DNA of 64,000 bases from Macrostomum hystrix (taxonomy: Eukaryota > Animalia > Platyhelminthes), in the NCBI GenBank assembly GCA_950097015.1, contig CATNEN010000025.1:2852001-2916000 (forward strand). The letters are read 5' to 3'. The notes below the pieces were generated by a model, which was not told the DNA's origin, did no database searches, and worked only from the letters and a program-made list of their open reading frames with translations. Positions 22,886 through 34,996 of the stretch are shown one piece after another. The position numbers and the translations under genes are program-made. How positions within the stretch are numbered: position 1 is the first letter of the stretch; each line of letters starts with the position of its first letter.

Positions 22886-23472
22886 TCTTCTAATATACTA
22901 AAAATGAAAATCTTGCTTGTATGTTTGCAATCGACTAGCTCCCGAACGGCTCAACCGATTTTCAAAATTCCTTCACTAAAAGATCGCAATTGGGCTGGAA
23001 TCGGTACACGTATTTTTATTAAGCTTAATTCCATTGCCAAGGGGATTAAATATTCGAAAAACAGTTTTAAATAGGCTTTTCTAATGCATTCTTGTTTTCA
23101 GCTTGTGCACAGTGAGGCTCCAGTGCCAATTTTAATGATTGCATCAGGGCCAGTTTTGTTAGGCGAGCGTACTGATAAGAAATTTCTCACCCAAATGTGC
23201 ATAGCTGTGTCAACCCCACTGGCAAGATAATTATGCCCAATGTGCACAGGCTGAGCTGGCTTCTGTTAACTGCTGGCAGTGTGATATTTTATTATTTTAT
23301 TTATTTATTTATTGAGTTTTTGCAATCAAATAGCATATTCACATCATACACCAAAAGGCTACAGCTGAGAACTGAATTGATCCAAGTGATCGGCCTTTTT
23401 CTAGCAGAGCGAAGCGAACCGAACCGAATCCCAGGCACAACAATGACACAGCCAAATAGCATAAATACAAAT

Positions 23473-24030
23473 CCAGGCTCAGAATCGATAGATATCTAGG
23501 CTGAGCATTGATAGATATCTAGGCTGAGCATTGATAGATATCTAGGCTGAGCATTGATAGATATCTAGGCTCAGCATTGATAGACATCTAGGCTCAACAT
23601 TTTTATAGATATCTAGGCTCAACATTTTATAGATATCTAGGCTCAGCATTGATAGTTATCTAGGCTCAGTATTGAAAGATATCTAGGCTCAACATTTTTT
23701 ATAGATATCTAGGCTCAACATTTTTATAGATATCTAGGCTCAGCATTGATAGTTATCGAGGCTCAGAATCGATAGAAATCTAGGCTTAGCATTGATAGTT
23801 ATCGAGGCTCAGAATCGATAGAAATCTAGGCTCAGAATCGATACATATCTAAGCTCAGAATCAATTGAAATCAAGGCTCAGAATACACGTATAGATGTCT
23901 AAGCTCAGAATTGAAAGATATCTAAGCCCAGAAGCGATTGAAATCTAGGCTGGGAATCGATGGGTATCTAGGCACAGAATCGATTGAAATCTAGGCTCAG
24001 AAATTAGAATTGATAGATACATAGGCTCCG
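23473..24030. repeat. About 23-bp satellite (CTAGGCTCAG(C/A)AT(T/C)GATAGATAT)
   Basis: About 22 degenerate copies; a decayed trace also occurs at 42630-42720. Confidence 0.9.
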
Positions 24031-24632
24031 AATTTGTAAATATACAATGATATTTATTTAAGACAATAATGACTGATTCGAAAGCACAGCACTGTCAGAT
24101 TTCAAGGCACAACAGTGACATACAAGTTTCATCAAGACTCAAGACTATCATCGTGTGGTAATCGGTCAGTGGACGCATTTTTTCACATCAATTTAGAGTT
24201 GAGAAGTTTATTAGAGACGTGAAAGGCCTTTGAGATAACTTAGACGCTATCATATTGAAATTTGGGCGCACTGGCCTACCCAAGCCAAGTCCTTACCGGC
24301 TATTCTAGGCTGGCGCAGGCAATGTACATTATTTCCCCTCTTGCCCCCAAATGTGCACGCACGGGCTGGAGAGCCCTCACCCCATTCCATCGGTTTTTAA
24401 GATTTCAAGCGGTCAGAGGTCCGTTTTATCGATTTTTACCCTAGGTCTTAAGATAATATCCGATTCAGCCCACTGTGATGATATATAGCTTGCAAATTAG
24501 TGTGGTTTATAAAGGCTCCTTATCTGATTCTTCAGACATCGAAATTCAAATCCAAATTCACAACCTATCTCTCTTTCAAGCCTTTCATTATCTCTCAACT
24601 TATCATTTCATTTCACTTTTCAGTTCTCAATC

Positions 24633-27600
24633 ATGGTTCGACGCGGCGCAAGCAGTTTGAAGAAAAGTCGCGATGCCAAGCGACGGCGACAAGCTGAATC
24701 CGAGGCCGATCGCGAGGTCCGTTTGGAAGAACGACGTCAGCGAATGGCTGAGAAGCGAGCCTCTCAAACTGAGGCAGAGCGAGCTGCCCGACTGGAGGAA
24801 CAGCGGCAGCGGATCGCTGAGCGCAGAGATGTCGAGACTGAGGCAGAGCGAGCTGCCCGACTGGAGGAACAGCGGCAGCGGGATGCTCAGCGCAGAGATG
24901 CTGAGACTGAGGCAGAGCGAGCTGCCCGACTGGAGGAACAGCGGCAGCGGGATGCTCAGCGCAGAGATGCTGAGACTGAGGCAGAGCGAGCTGCCCGACT
25001 GGAAGCCGAGCAGATTCGTCGCCGTGGAGCTTTGGTTTCCAAGTGAGTTTTATGAGGCTCTATAAAATAACGTTACATAACATAATTATGGTTTTATTTA
25101 GTTTTTTTCTAAATCGCCTCATAAGTGTTGATTTTTTTGCTGTAGATTTGAGTAACTTAACCTGCAGTCCAACAATTGGTTTAAAAATTCTGTAAATGCA
25201 GCTGTGCTTTATTTTCACTGCATTGCCAACTTAGGTCGGACACCCAGCAGCAAGGTATGGAAGCTATTGTACCATTTGAGCAGTTGCAGGTAATCCCTAT
25301 TATTGGTGATGGCAATTGCTTCTTTTATGCTGTGTGTGATCAGCTGCGTGGAACCCCGCTAGAAACTGACGCAGCCTCCTTGCGGCAGGATTTGTCTTGC
25401 CGTGTTGCAGAACTCATGCCACAGTTGGTTGCAGATGGCCTCATCGCACCTGAGAGTGCTGATGACATTGTGAGTTCCTCTTTTCAAACAGGCACTTATG
25501 TTTCAGACGAAGTTGCCTCTTTGTTGAGCCGCTGCTTTAATGTGGACCTGGTCATTTACCAGGCCAATGGTAATGTGATGCAGTATTTCAGGGCTAATCT
25601 CTATCCTCCTAATGCGATTGTGCGCGTGCTCTTGCGCCATGAGCATTACGAGTCACTGAGACTTCGAGAGCCTTTGCAAGCCCTTTCAGATGCAGAGTTT
25701 CCAAGCTTGGCAGCAAGCAAAACTCCTGCCAAGAGGGCCAAGAAAGCCAAGGGCCCGAGAGCGATGCCAGCTGACAGCCCCAGCTCATGTGCTGACACTG
25801 GAGCACAGGCTGAGCAGATGTGAGTAACTTGCTTTTGTTATTTTGCATTTATTCGTTTAAATCAGCTTAATCTGCTGACACAAATAAATCACTAGCATGG
25901 AAAGCAATGTCAATCAAATCAATGTACCCTCTTAATAAACTCGGCTCAACCCCTACTCAAACCCTGCTCACAGGCATGCCGAGCCGGTGATGCCAGAAGC
26001 CCCGGCTCACCAATGCGGCCCAATGAACCGCGCCTGCAATGACTGCGGCGCCCTGCTGTGGGCCAAGGAGACGAGCAATTTCTGCTGCGCCAAGGGCAAG
26101 GTGAAGCTGCCCACCCGTTCCATGCCGCAGGTCCTGGCAGATCTGTACACGGGGCAGCACCGCCTCAGTGCAGAGTTCCTGGCTAACATCAGGAGCTACA
26201 ACTCTGTGCTGCACCTGACATCTCTGGGTGCGAGGCTCAGACTGGTGCCTGGCTGGAGTCCCAGCTTCATCATCAGCGGCCAGCTGCATCACAACATGGG
26301 GCCGCTGCTTGCCGACACCTCAGCCGTGCCGCATGGCTGGCAGGTGTACTTCACGGACCGCGAGCTGGAGAGCCGCCTGAGCCTCAGCCAGAAGGTGAAG
26401 CCGGAGCTGCTGGAGCTGCTGCAAACTGTGCTGCACGAGTGCAACGGCTATGTGCAGAGCCTGCGAGCTGCTGCTCAGCGGATCAGTGGCGACCCTGAGC
26501 TGGGAGATGCGCGAATTGTGATTCACCCGGACCGACGACCAGCTGGGGAGCACATTCGGTGAGTGAGCTGTGTTATGGAGCTGCTGGTTGGGATCCTATT
26601 TCGCCTGCACTTATACTGTTCAGTCTGTGCAGTTGATTCTGTGAAGTACCTGCTGTACCAATTCCATTCCTGTTCATTCCCAGGCGTTACAATCTCCCTA
26701 CTGCCAATGAGGTTGGCATCCTGGTTGTCGGTGGTTCCGAGGACGCACCGACAAGCCGTGACGTTGTGATTCGACTGCGCGGAGGCGAAGTCCAGCGCAT
26801 ATCCGAGACCCACCGGTCCTACGACCCTCTGGAGTACGTGCTGCTGTTCCCGAATGGCGAGGACGGCTGGCACCCAGAGCTGCAGATGGCGAATGGGCGG
26901 AAGCTGACGCCCATGAAGTACTACGCCAGCGAAATCATGGTGCGAGCTGGCCAGTTCAACGTGCTGCACCACGGCAGGCGCCTCTTCCAGCAGTACCTGG
27001 TAGACATGGCTGCCAAGATCGAGTCCGAGAGGCTGCTGTACCTGCGCACTCATCAGAACGACCTGCGCAGCGAGACCTACAGCGGCCTGCGAGACGCTCT
27101 GTTCGCTGCTGATGGCAGGAGCACCGAGAGAGACCCCAATGAGATTGGTAAGCCTGCCCATGTGTACCTGTCTTCCAGCTTTGTAGGTGGACCCAGGTAC
27201 CTGATGGAGCGGCTGCAAGATGCAATGGCCTACGTGCACAAGTTCGGCAAGCCGGACCTGTTTGTCACAGCCACGTGCAACCCGAAGTGGCCGGAAATCA
27301 GCGTGCAGCTGCTGCCCGGTCAGCGGGCAGAGGACCGCCCGGACATTGTGACTCGAGTCTTTGAACTGAAGAAAAAGGCTCTGCTTGAAGTGCTCAGGAA
27401 GCGTTTTGGCAAGGAGGCTGCGCATGTGTGCTCCTTGGAGTACCAGAAGCGCGGTGAGTAAAATCAGATTTTCATGCAGACATTGGCAATATTAACAGCC
27501 TGGAATAACGAGTCCGCATGCTTTTATCAACTCGCCTCAGGCCTTCCCCATGTGCACTTCCTGCTCTGGCTGGCGAACGGGAGTCGAGTCACCCCGGATC

Positions 27601-30600
27601 GCTACGATGCCATCGTGTCTGCGGAGATCCCAGACCCACAGCGGCAGCCAGTGCTGCACGAGCTGGTCAAGACCCACATGATCCACGGGCCGTGTGGCGA
27701 GCTGAACCCGGCCTGCCCTTGCATGGAGAACGGCAAGTGCAGCAAGAGCTTCCCGAAGGACTTCCAGCCGGTGACGCTGACGAGCGACAGCGGCTATCCG
27801 TTCTACAGGAGGCGCTCCCCTGAGATGGGAGGCTTTACGGTGGACAAACTGTTCAAGGGTCGCAGCATCCAAATGGACAACAGGTGAGTCAGTAGCTGCG
27901 TGGCCATAGCATTTCTGTGCTCTGCAAGCCGCTGCTTCCCTCCAATCACCAGGTGGGTGGTGCCATACAACCCTGACCTGCTGCTACAGTTCGCGTGCCA
28001 TTTGAACGTAGAGGTTTGTGCCACTGTCAAGTCTGTCAAGTACGTGATCAAGTACTTGATGAAGAATGGCGACATGGCGGTTTTCAAAGTCGCCGCCGCC
28101 GCAGGAGCTGCTGAAGCTCAGCCGAGTGCTCAATCTGAGCAGCCGGAGAAGCCCCGTGATGAAATCTCCGAGTACCTGTCTGCACGCTACATTGGTCCGA
28201 TGGAAGCTGTTAACACCATCTTGGCCTTTGAGGTAATTGCTCTGCTCTGCTTTCATTGCCTGTGCTTTTAGTACTGCATTACGTTTTTTTCAGCAGCTCT
28301 GATGCTCAAAAAATATCCTCACCTTTGCCCAGGTGCACAACAGGTTCCCAGCGGTCATCCGACTCTGTGTGCACAAGTCGGAAGAGCAGCTCGTGTACTT
28401 CAACGAGCAGACCGCGGGCGCCAGAGCAAAGGCGCCACGAGACTCGACACTGACGGCCTTCTTCAAGCTGTGCCGCACTGACGAGTTCGCCCGCCTGCTA
28501 CTCTACACAGAGGTGCCCACCTTCTTCGTGTGGCACCCGAGTGCGAGAGAGTGGCGTCGAGCCAAGCAGGGCGTCGATGTCGAAGGACATCCCGGCGTGA
28601 AGCGCAACACCAACATTGCGCGGATGTACACGGTCAGTCCTAGAGCTGGTGACCTGTTCTACCTGCGGCTGTTGCTGCTGCACGTGCGAGGACCGACCAG
28701 CTTCGAGTCGCTGCAGACCGTGGCCGGCGTGCATTGTGCCAGCGCCAAGGCCGCCTGCATGGCTCTCGGCCTGCTGCAGCGTGATGATCACTGGCATCGC
28801 TGCATGACTGAGGCTGTCCAGAGCCGAATGCCGCGAGCTCTGAGGCACCTGCTGGCTGTCGTTCTCATCTGGGGCGAGCCAGACGACGGCGCTGATCTGT
28901 GGAGCAGGTTTGCAGAGGATCTCTGCGAAGACCTGCGCTTCCACCAACCGGACTTAAGCGCCGAGGAAGTCAGCGACCTGGCTCTGCGGGAGCTGCAGAG
29001 CATGCTGACGTCAATGGGCGGCCGCAGTCTGCAAGAGTACGGACTGCCTGCTGCCTCTGCAATGCCGCAAGTCGGGCCGCTGCAGTTTGACACGGTCGAA
29101 CAGGCGGAGATCACCGAGATGCGGCTGCCAATGCTCACGGCCGAGCAGATGGCCATCTACGAGGCTGTGACTGTGGATCTTGTCGCTGGCTCGGGCGGCC
29201 TGCATTTCATTGACGCTCCGGCAGGCACTGGCAAGACCTTCCTGCTGGAGGTTTTGCTGGCGTTTGTGCGGAGTCGAGGGGAAGTCGCCCTGGCTGTTGC
29301 GTCGTCGGGAATCGCAGCCACCCTGCTGCCAGGCGGGCAGACGGCGCATTCAACGTGCGTTTTTTAATGGAAATCAAATTCACACTTAATGTTCTCCTGC
29401 TCATTCAGTCTCAATCTACATTTTTCGCCAGATTCAAGATCCCAGTGCGGCTGGTTCGCTCTGACAAGGACGTGTGTTCTGTCCGAGCGCAGTCTAAGCT
29501 GGCCGCAGTCTTTCGCACTGTACGGCTGATCGTCTGGGACGAGATCTCCATGACAAACCGGAAGGACCTGGAGGCTGTCGACCGCAGTCTGCGAGACCTG
29601 CGGAAGCAGGACTGCCCGTTCGGCGGAATCGTCGTGGTCTGCGCTGGAGACTTTCGCCAGCTGCTGCCGGTGGTGAAAAATGGCACGCGCGCTAACAACA
29701 TCCTGGCGTGTGTTAGCAAGTCCCCGCTGTGGTCTTTGTTCCGGAGGCACCGCCTATCCAAGAACATCCGGCTGCAGAGCTGTGCTGATGCTGAGCTGTA
29801 CCATCGCTATATGCAGCTGCTCATGCAGGTAAGCTTTGTTCTTGCTGTTTTTAGATAACCTCACAGGCTGCAGTTCTCGTGCATTTACCTGCCAACCCCA
29901 CACAGATCGGCTCTGGGGTAGCCGATCAGTCAGACGACACGGTCTGCCTTCCTGCCAAGATCATCATTCCGACGGAGGCACCGCTGTCCGAGCTGATCCA
30001 GTTCGTGTACCCTTCGTTCGAGGCGTCAGCGGAGCGCGACGGCTACTTTGCCAGCCGAGCCATTCTGGCGCCCTACAACGATGCGGTTGACGCGATCAAC
30101 AACGAGTGCCTGGCCATGTTCCCAGGCCAACTGCGCGAGTATCGCTCAGTGGACAGCGTGGCTGACGAGGAAGCGGCCACGCACTTTCCTCCGGAGCTGC
30201 TGAATCAGCTGGATGCTCCGAACTTCCCTGCTCACCTGCTGAAGCTCAAGGTGGGCATGCCGCTGGTTCTGCTGCGGAATCTGAATCCGCCACGGCTGTG
30301 CAACGGCACCCGGCTGATCATCCTGGAGCTGGGCGAGAATGTGCTGCGCTGCAAAGTCGCTGCCGGCCAGTTCACTGGAGATGAGATCCTGCTGCCGCGG
30401 ATTCCACTGGAGCCCAACAATGCTGACCTGCCAGTCTGCTTCAAGCGGCTGCAGTTCCCAGTCAAGCCGAGCTTCTGCCTGACGATCCACAAGTCGCAGG
30501 GCCAGTCGCTCGACACCGTGGGCATCGACCTAGCTGTCGGCTGCTTCGCCCACGGCCAGCTGTACACGGCGCTGTCCCGGGCCAAGAATGTCGACAGCGT

Positions 30601-30664
30601 GCGCGTCCGGATCTCCGGTGAGCGGACGAGAAATGTCGTGTACCCTGAGGTGCTGAGTGACTGA
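24633..30664 (+). CDS. Helitron Rep/helicase 1: STPR-like repeats, OTU domain, HUH Rep and PIF1 helicase; 9 exons, 1716 aa, apparently intact
   Basis: Exons 24633-25042, 25235-25819, 25974-26558, 26684-27453, 27541-27883, 27953-28232, 28333-29354, 29432-29828 and 29906-30664, all GT-AG and phase-consistent (5151 nt). Motifs: GDGNCFF...HEHY (OTU), FVTATCNPKW, GLPHVHFLLW (HUH), KYVIKYLMK (Y2), DAPAGTGKT, IVWDEISM, GDFRQLLPV, TIHKSQGQS, HGQLYTALSR. Confidence 0.93.
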
Positions 30665-30908
30665 ACCTCGGTATCACAAGTTGAGCCACCTGATATGTAA
30701 ATGGTGTTTAACACCATGGGCCCATGGAAGGCATATCAGTTCAAATCCTGTTACAGTGGCACTAAAAACCTTAAAAACAAGTGCACCACCATAGTTAAAG
30801 CCATTTAGTCAGATTATTACCAGCCAAAATCTGAAGCATATAAAAACTAGCACCTAAAATATAACAATTTTCGTTAAAGACAATTCAGTGCAGATATATT
30901 ATGGCTAA

Positions 30909-31208
30909 AAATAATTGAGCGTTTTATGTGCGAAAATTGCAAGCAAAAGCTTGAAAAAAATTAGACAAATATAGATTAGCTAGAAATAATTGAGCACTTC
31001 ATGTGCGAAAATTGCAAGCAAAAGCTTGAAAAAAATTAGACAAATATAGATTAGCTAGAAATAATTGAGCACTTCATGTGCGAAAATTGCAAGCAAAAGC
31101 TTGAAAAAAATTAGACAAATATAGATTAGCTAGAAATAATTGAGCACTTCATGTGCGAAAATTGCAAGCAAAAGCTTGAAAATAAAATGTAGACAAATAT
31201 AGATTAGC
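30909..31208. repeat. 75-bp tandem repeat, 4 copies
   Basis: ttagacaaat recurs at 30961, 31036 and 31111. Confidence 0.9.
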
Positions 31209-31469
31209 ATTGTAAGGTTTCGTGCCACTGTAGTGAGAGCAGGTTGGCTGCATAGTGTGGGCCCTGAGAAGCAGTTGAAAAGTACATGTTCGCTACTTTC
31301 ATGATCCATACTTTCTTCTGCTTAAACTGGAGAGACTATGCAGCCATGGTCTGAAGTAGCCTTAGCAGACCTGTAGGCTCCTTGTGATGCTTAATTCGAG
31401 AGTAAACAGCTGTTCCCAGCTGCTGAGTGTGCTGAGTGCATTGCTTAGCCCCCATGCATGTCTCCCACG

Positions 31470-32580
31470 ATGCGGAGTTGAAGCCAGCAAGCAGAAAGAC
31501 TGACACCTGAGAATAGATCCATTTGATCAAACTGTGCAGGGTTTCTGGTCTTGCTGGTGGCAAACTCTGCAGAAGCATCTGCCCAACCCCCCACCTCACT
31601 ACTGATTTGAATGTCACTGAAATATGAGAATGAGTTTGCTGTTATTAACTGGCATAAAGTGGATTGATTGCTACATTTCTTATTTTACTATTATTGACCT
31701 CTCAAATTCAATCTTCCATGCGGAGTTGAAGCCAGCAAGCAGAAAGACTGACACCTGAGAATAGATCCATTTGATCAAACTGTGCAGGGTTTCTGGTCTT
31801 GCTGGTGTCAAACTCTGCAGAAGCATCTGCCCAACCCCCCACCTCACTACTGATTTGAATGTCACTGAAATATGAGAATGAGTTTGCTGTTATTAACTGG
31901 CATAAAGTGGATTGATTGCTACATTTCTTATTTTATTATTATTGACTTCTCAAATTCAATCTTCCATGCGGAGTTGAAGCCAGCAAGCAGAAAGACTGAC
32001 ACCTGAGAATAGATCCATTTGATCAAACTGTGCAGGGTTTCTGGTCTTGCTGGTGGCAAACTCTGCAGAAACATCTGCCCAACCCCCCACCTCACTACTG
32101 ATTTGAATGTCACTGAAATATGAGAATGAGTTTGCTGTTATTAACTGGCATAAAGTGGATTGATTGCTACATTTCTTATATTTTACTATTATTGACTTCT
32201 CAAATTCAATCTTCCATGCGGAGTTGAAGCCAGCAAGCAGAAAGACTGACACCTGAGAATAGATCCATTTGATCAAACTGTGCAGGGTTTCTGGTCTTGC
32301 TGGTGTCAAACTCTGCAGAAGCATCTGCCCAACCCCCCACCTCACTACTGATTTGAATGTCACTGAAATATGAGAATGAGTTTGCTGTTATTAACTGGCA
32401 TAAAGTGGATTGATTGCTACATTTCTTATATTTTACTATTATTGACTTCTCAAATTCAATCTTCCATGCGGAGTTGAAGCCAGCAAGCAGAAAGACTGAC
32501 ACCTGAGAATAGATCCATTTGATCAAACTGTGCAGGGTTTCTGGTCTTGCTGGTGTCAAACTCTGCAGAAGCATCTGAAT
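31470..32580. repeat. About 248-bp tandem repeat, 4 full copies plus a partial
   Basis: gcggagttgaagcc recurs about every 248-250 bp. Confidence 0.95.
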
Positions 32581-32717
32581 CAGCACCAAATAAGTCTTTA
32601 TTTGGACAATGAACTCTCTAGCTTTGTATCTCAAATGACAAAAGAGAATAAATTAAAATATTGTCGCAAGCTAATAAATAATATTAATATATTATTATTG
32701 ATCGTTTATTATTAATA

Positions 32718-32915
32718 CTAGACCCGCAGCCAGCGAGGAGGCAATTCTGTCCATTTCGTTGACTCCTGAGCACACGCCCACACCAGGTGTGTACATCTGT
32801 CATGACTTTCTCGTCGACCTTCGGGGCTCCGCCCCAAATAAATGTAGCCTTAGTCGCGGAATCGAGCTCAGGACCTTGATGCTAGAGGCAAATGCATTCA
32901 GCCACTCACCAAACC
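32718..32915 (-). mobile_element. tRNA-derived head plus CTAG-terminated tail, nested in Helitron 1 in opposite orientation
   Basis: Minus strand reads gagtggctgaatgc...gagctcgattccgcg...tttggggcggagcc...gtgctcaggagtca...gcctcctcgctggctgcgggtCTAG|T. Confidence 0.6.
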
Positions 32916-33449
32916 GTTTTTTTCACATCGCAATAGCAGCATATCTTATTACCTATATAGCATATTGCACCTGCTAAATTGCATATTTACAGTTTAGTTT
33001 TTCTGTATTCGCCACTCATCCCATCCGATAAATTGTTCAACAATTGGCGCATCCGAATTGCTGCTTCTCATCGTTCCCATTCTCATTACCTCGCCTGTCA
33101 GTCAACTGAAATGATCAAGTGGGGATAGAATGAGAGTCTTGTAAGGCCTAGCAATTAACAGAATATACACTCTGGTGTTGAAAGTCAAGTGTTTGATGGA
33201 CGTTTAACATGAGCATTTGATAATATTGCTTGCTAGACTCGTATTAGCATTTTTAATTGGCGTTCTACCTGTCTGAGTAGAAATATGCCACTGCTGAAAT
33301 TAACTGCCTCAGTGCAGTACAAAAGTACTTTCTAGGAACTGCATTAGCTCCAGCGATAAACCCGAATTAATAAGTTTTAGCCAAACCAGAGAGAAGAGAG
33401 AAGCTGGCACAGAAAATACAAAAAATGCAAAAACGGACTTTAGGAAAGC

Positions 33450-34310
33450 ACTTTTCGAAATCTTATCTCCATAGAATGGCTGTTTCAAAAGTCTCATCCC
33501 TAGAATAACCGTTTCAAAAATCTTACCAACGAATAGAATGACCATTTAAAAAGTCTCAACCAAACAATGGCTGTTTCAAAATCTCACCCCTAAAGCCGCT
33601 GTCTCAAAATCTCACCCCTATAGCCGCTGTCTCAAAATCTCACCCCTAAAGCCGCTGTCTCAAAATCTCACCCCTAAAGCCGCTGTCTCAAAATCTCACC
33701 CCTAAAGCCGCTGTCTCAAAATCTCACCCCTAAAGCCGCTGTTTCAAAATCTCACCCCTAAAGCCGCTGTCTCAAAATCTCACCCCTATAGCCGCTGTCT
33801 CAAAATCTCACCCCTAAAGCCGCTGTCTCAAAATCTCACCCCTAAAGCCGCTGTCTCAAAATCTCACCCCTAAAGCCGCTGTCTCAAAATCTCACCCCTA
33901 AAGCCGCTGTCTCAAAATCTCACCCCTAAAGCCGCTGTCTCAAAATCTCACCCCTAAAGCCGCTGTCTCAAAATCTCACCCCTATAGCCGCTGTCTCAAA
34001 ATCTCACCCCTAAAGCCGCTGTCTCAAAATCTCACCCCTAAAGCCACTGTCTCGAAATCTCACCCCTAAAGCCGCTGTCTCAAAATCTCACCCCTAAAGA
34101 ATGGCTGCCTCAAAATCTCACCCCTAAAGAATGGCTGCCTCAAAATCTCACCCCTAAAGAATGACTGTCTCAAAATCTATCCCTGTAGAATGGCAGTTTC
34201 AAAATCTCATCAATGTAGAATGGCAGTTTCAAAATCTCATCCCTGTAGAATGGCAGTTTCAAAATCTCATCCCTGTAGAATGGCAGTTTCAAAATCTCAC
34301 CCTGAAAACG
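33450..34310. repeat. 28-bp satellite (CTCAAAATCTCACCCCTAAAGCCGCTGT) with degenerate 30-bp units at the edges
   Basis: Period 28 (33603, 33631, 33659...); about 20 homogeneous copies. Confidence 0.95.
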
Positions 34311-34835
34311 ACCTTACGAAGGAGAATAAAAAGACAACAAAAAAGACAATTACCCAAGAGAGTTCATTAGTTATTTTTCAAGAACAATTGTGAGCTCGGC
34401 ACCACTTAGCTAAAAGCGTTTTTTATTTCAGCACACTCAAAATGACAGGCATAGCGAAGGCGATAAAGTTTTTGTTGCTACATGCATTTTTAAGGGGAGG
34501 AAAGTAAAAAAAAAACATTTTTTCAAGCTAGGTAGGTATTTTCTTAGAAACTTAAGAAAAACACGCGTAGATTTATTAGAAAGGTTTTGCATTAATGCTT
34601 ATTATGATATAAATCCAATTATATTGACGATCAAAAAATTTAATCCTTACAAAGAAATTTCAAATGAATTACTAAGCAAAGCTGATACAGATTTGTTTTA
34701 TATATAAAGATATTTATTATTTTAAAACTTTTGTTTATTAATATTAAAATATTATTAAAATATTAATATTATGAATAAAGTTAGTAAATGGCAGTTTACT
34801 AGGTACTGCTGAACTAGGTACAAATGAAAAAATAG

Positions 34836-34866
34836 GTACTGCTGCTCCTGCTGCTGCTACTGCCGT

Positions 34867-34931
<65 letters not shown>

Positions 34932-34996
34932 CTGCCGCTGCTCAGCCAGCTCCGGGCAACGGCGGACCGGATGCGGCCCGGCACAAAGGTAGCAGG
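34836..34996 (+). repeat. (GCT)n trinucleotide tract, possibly within a poly-Ala exon
   Basis: About 20 uninterrupted GCT units. It is flanked by ag| and |gtaact and reads TAAPAAATAVLAAAA...ASAAAQPAPGNGGPDAARHKGS. Confidence 0.5.

Larger units (their letters stand above)
30675..32680 (+). repeat. Segment duplicated at 37544-41040
   Basis: Starts cacaagttgagccacc in both copies. The unique part is near-identical; the two copies carry different numbers of the 248-bp unit. Confidence 0.92.
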
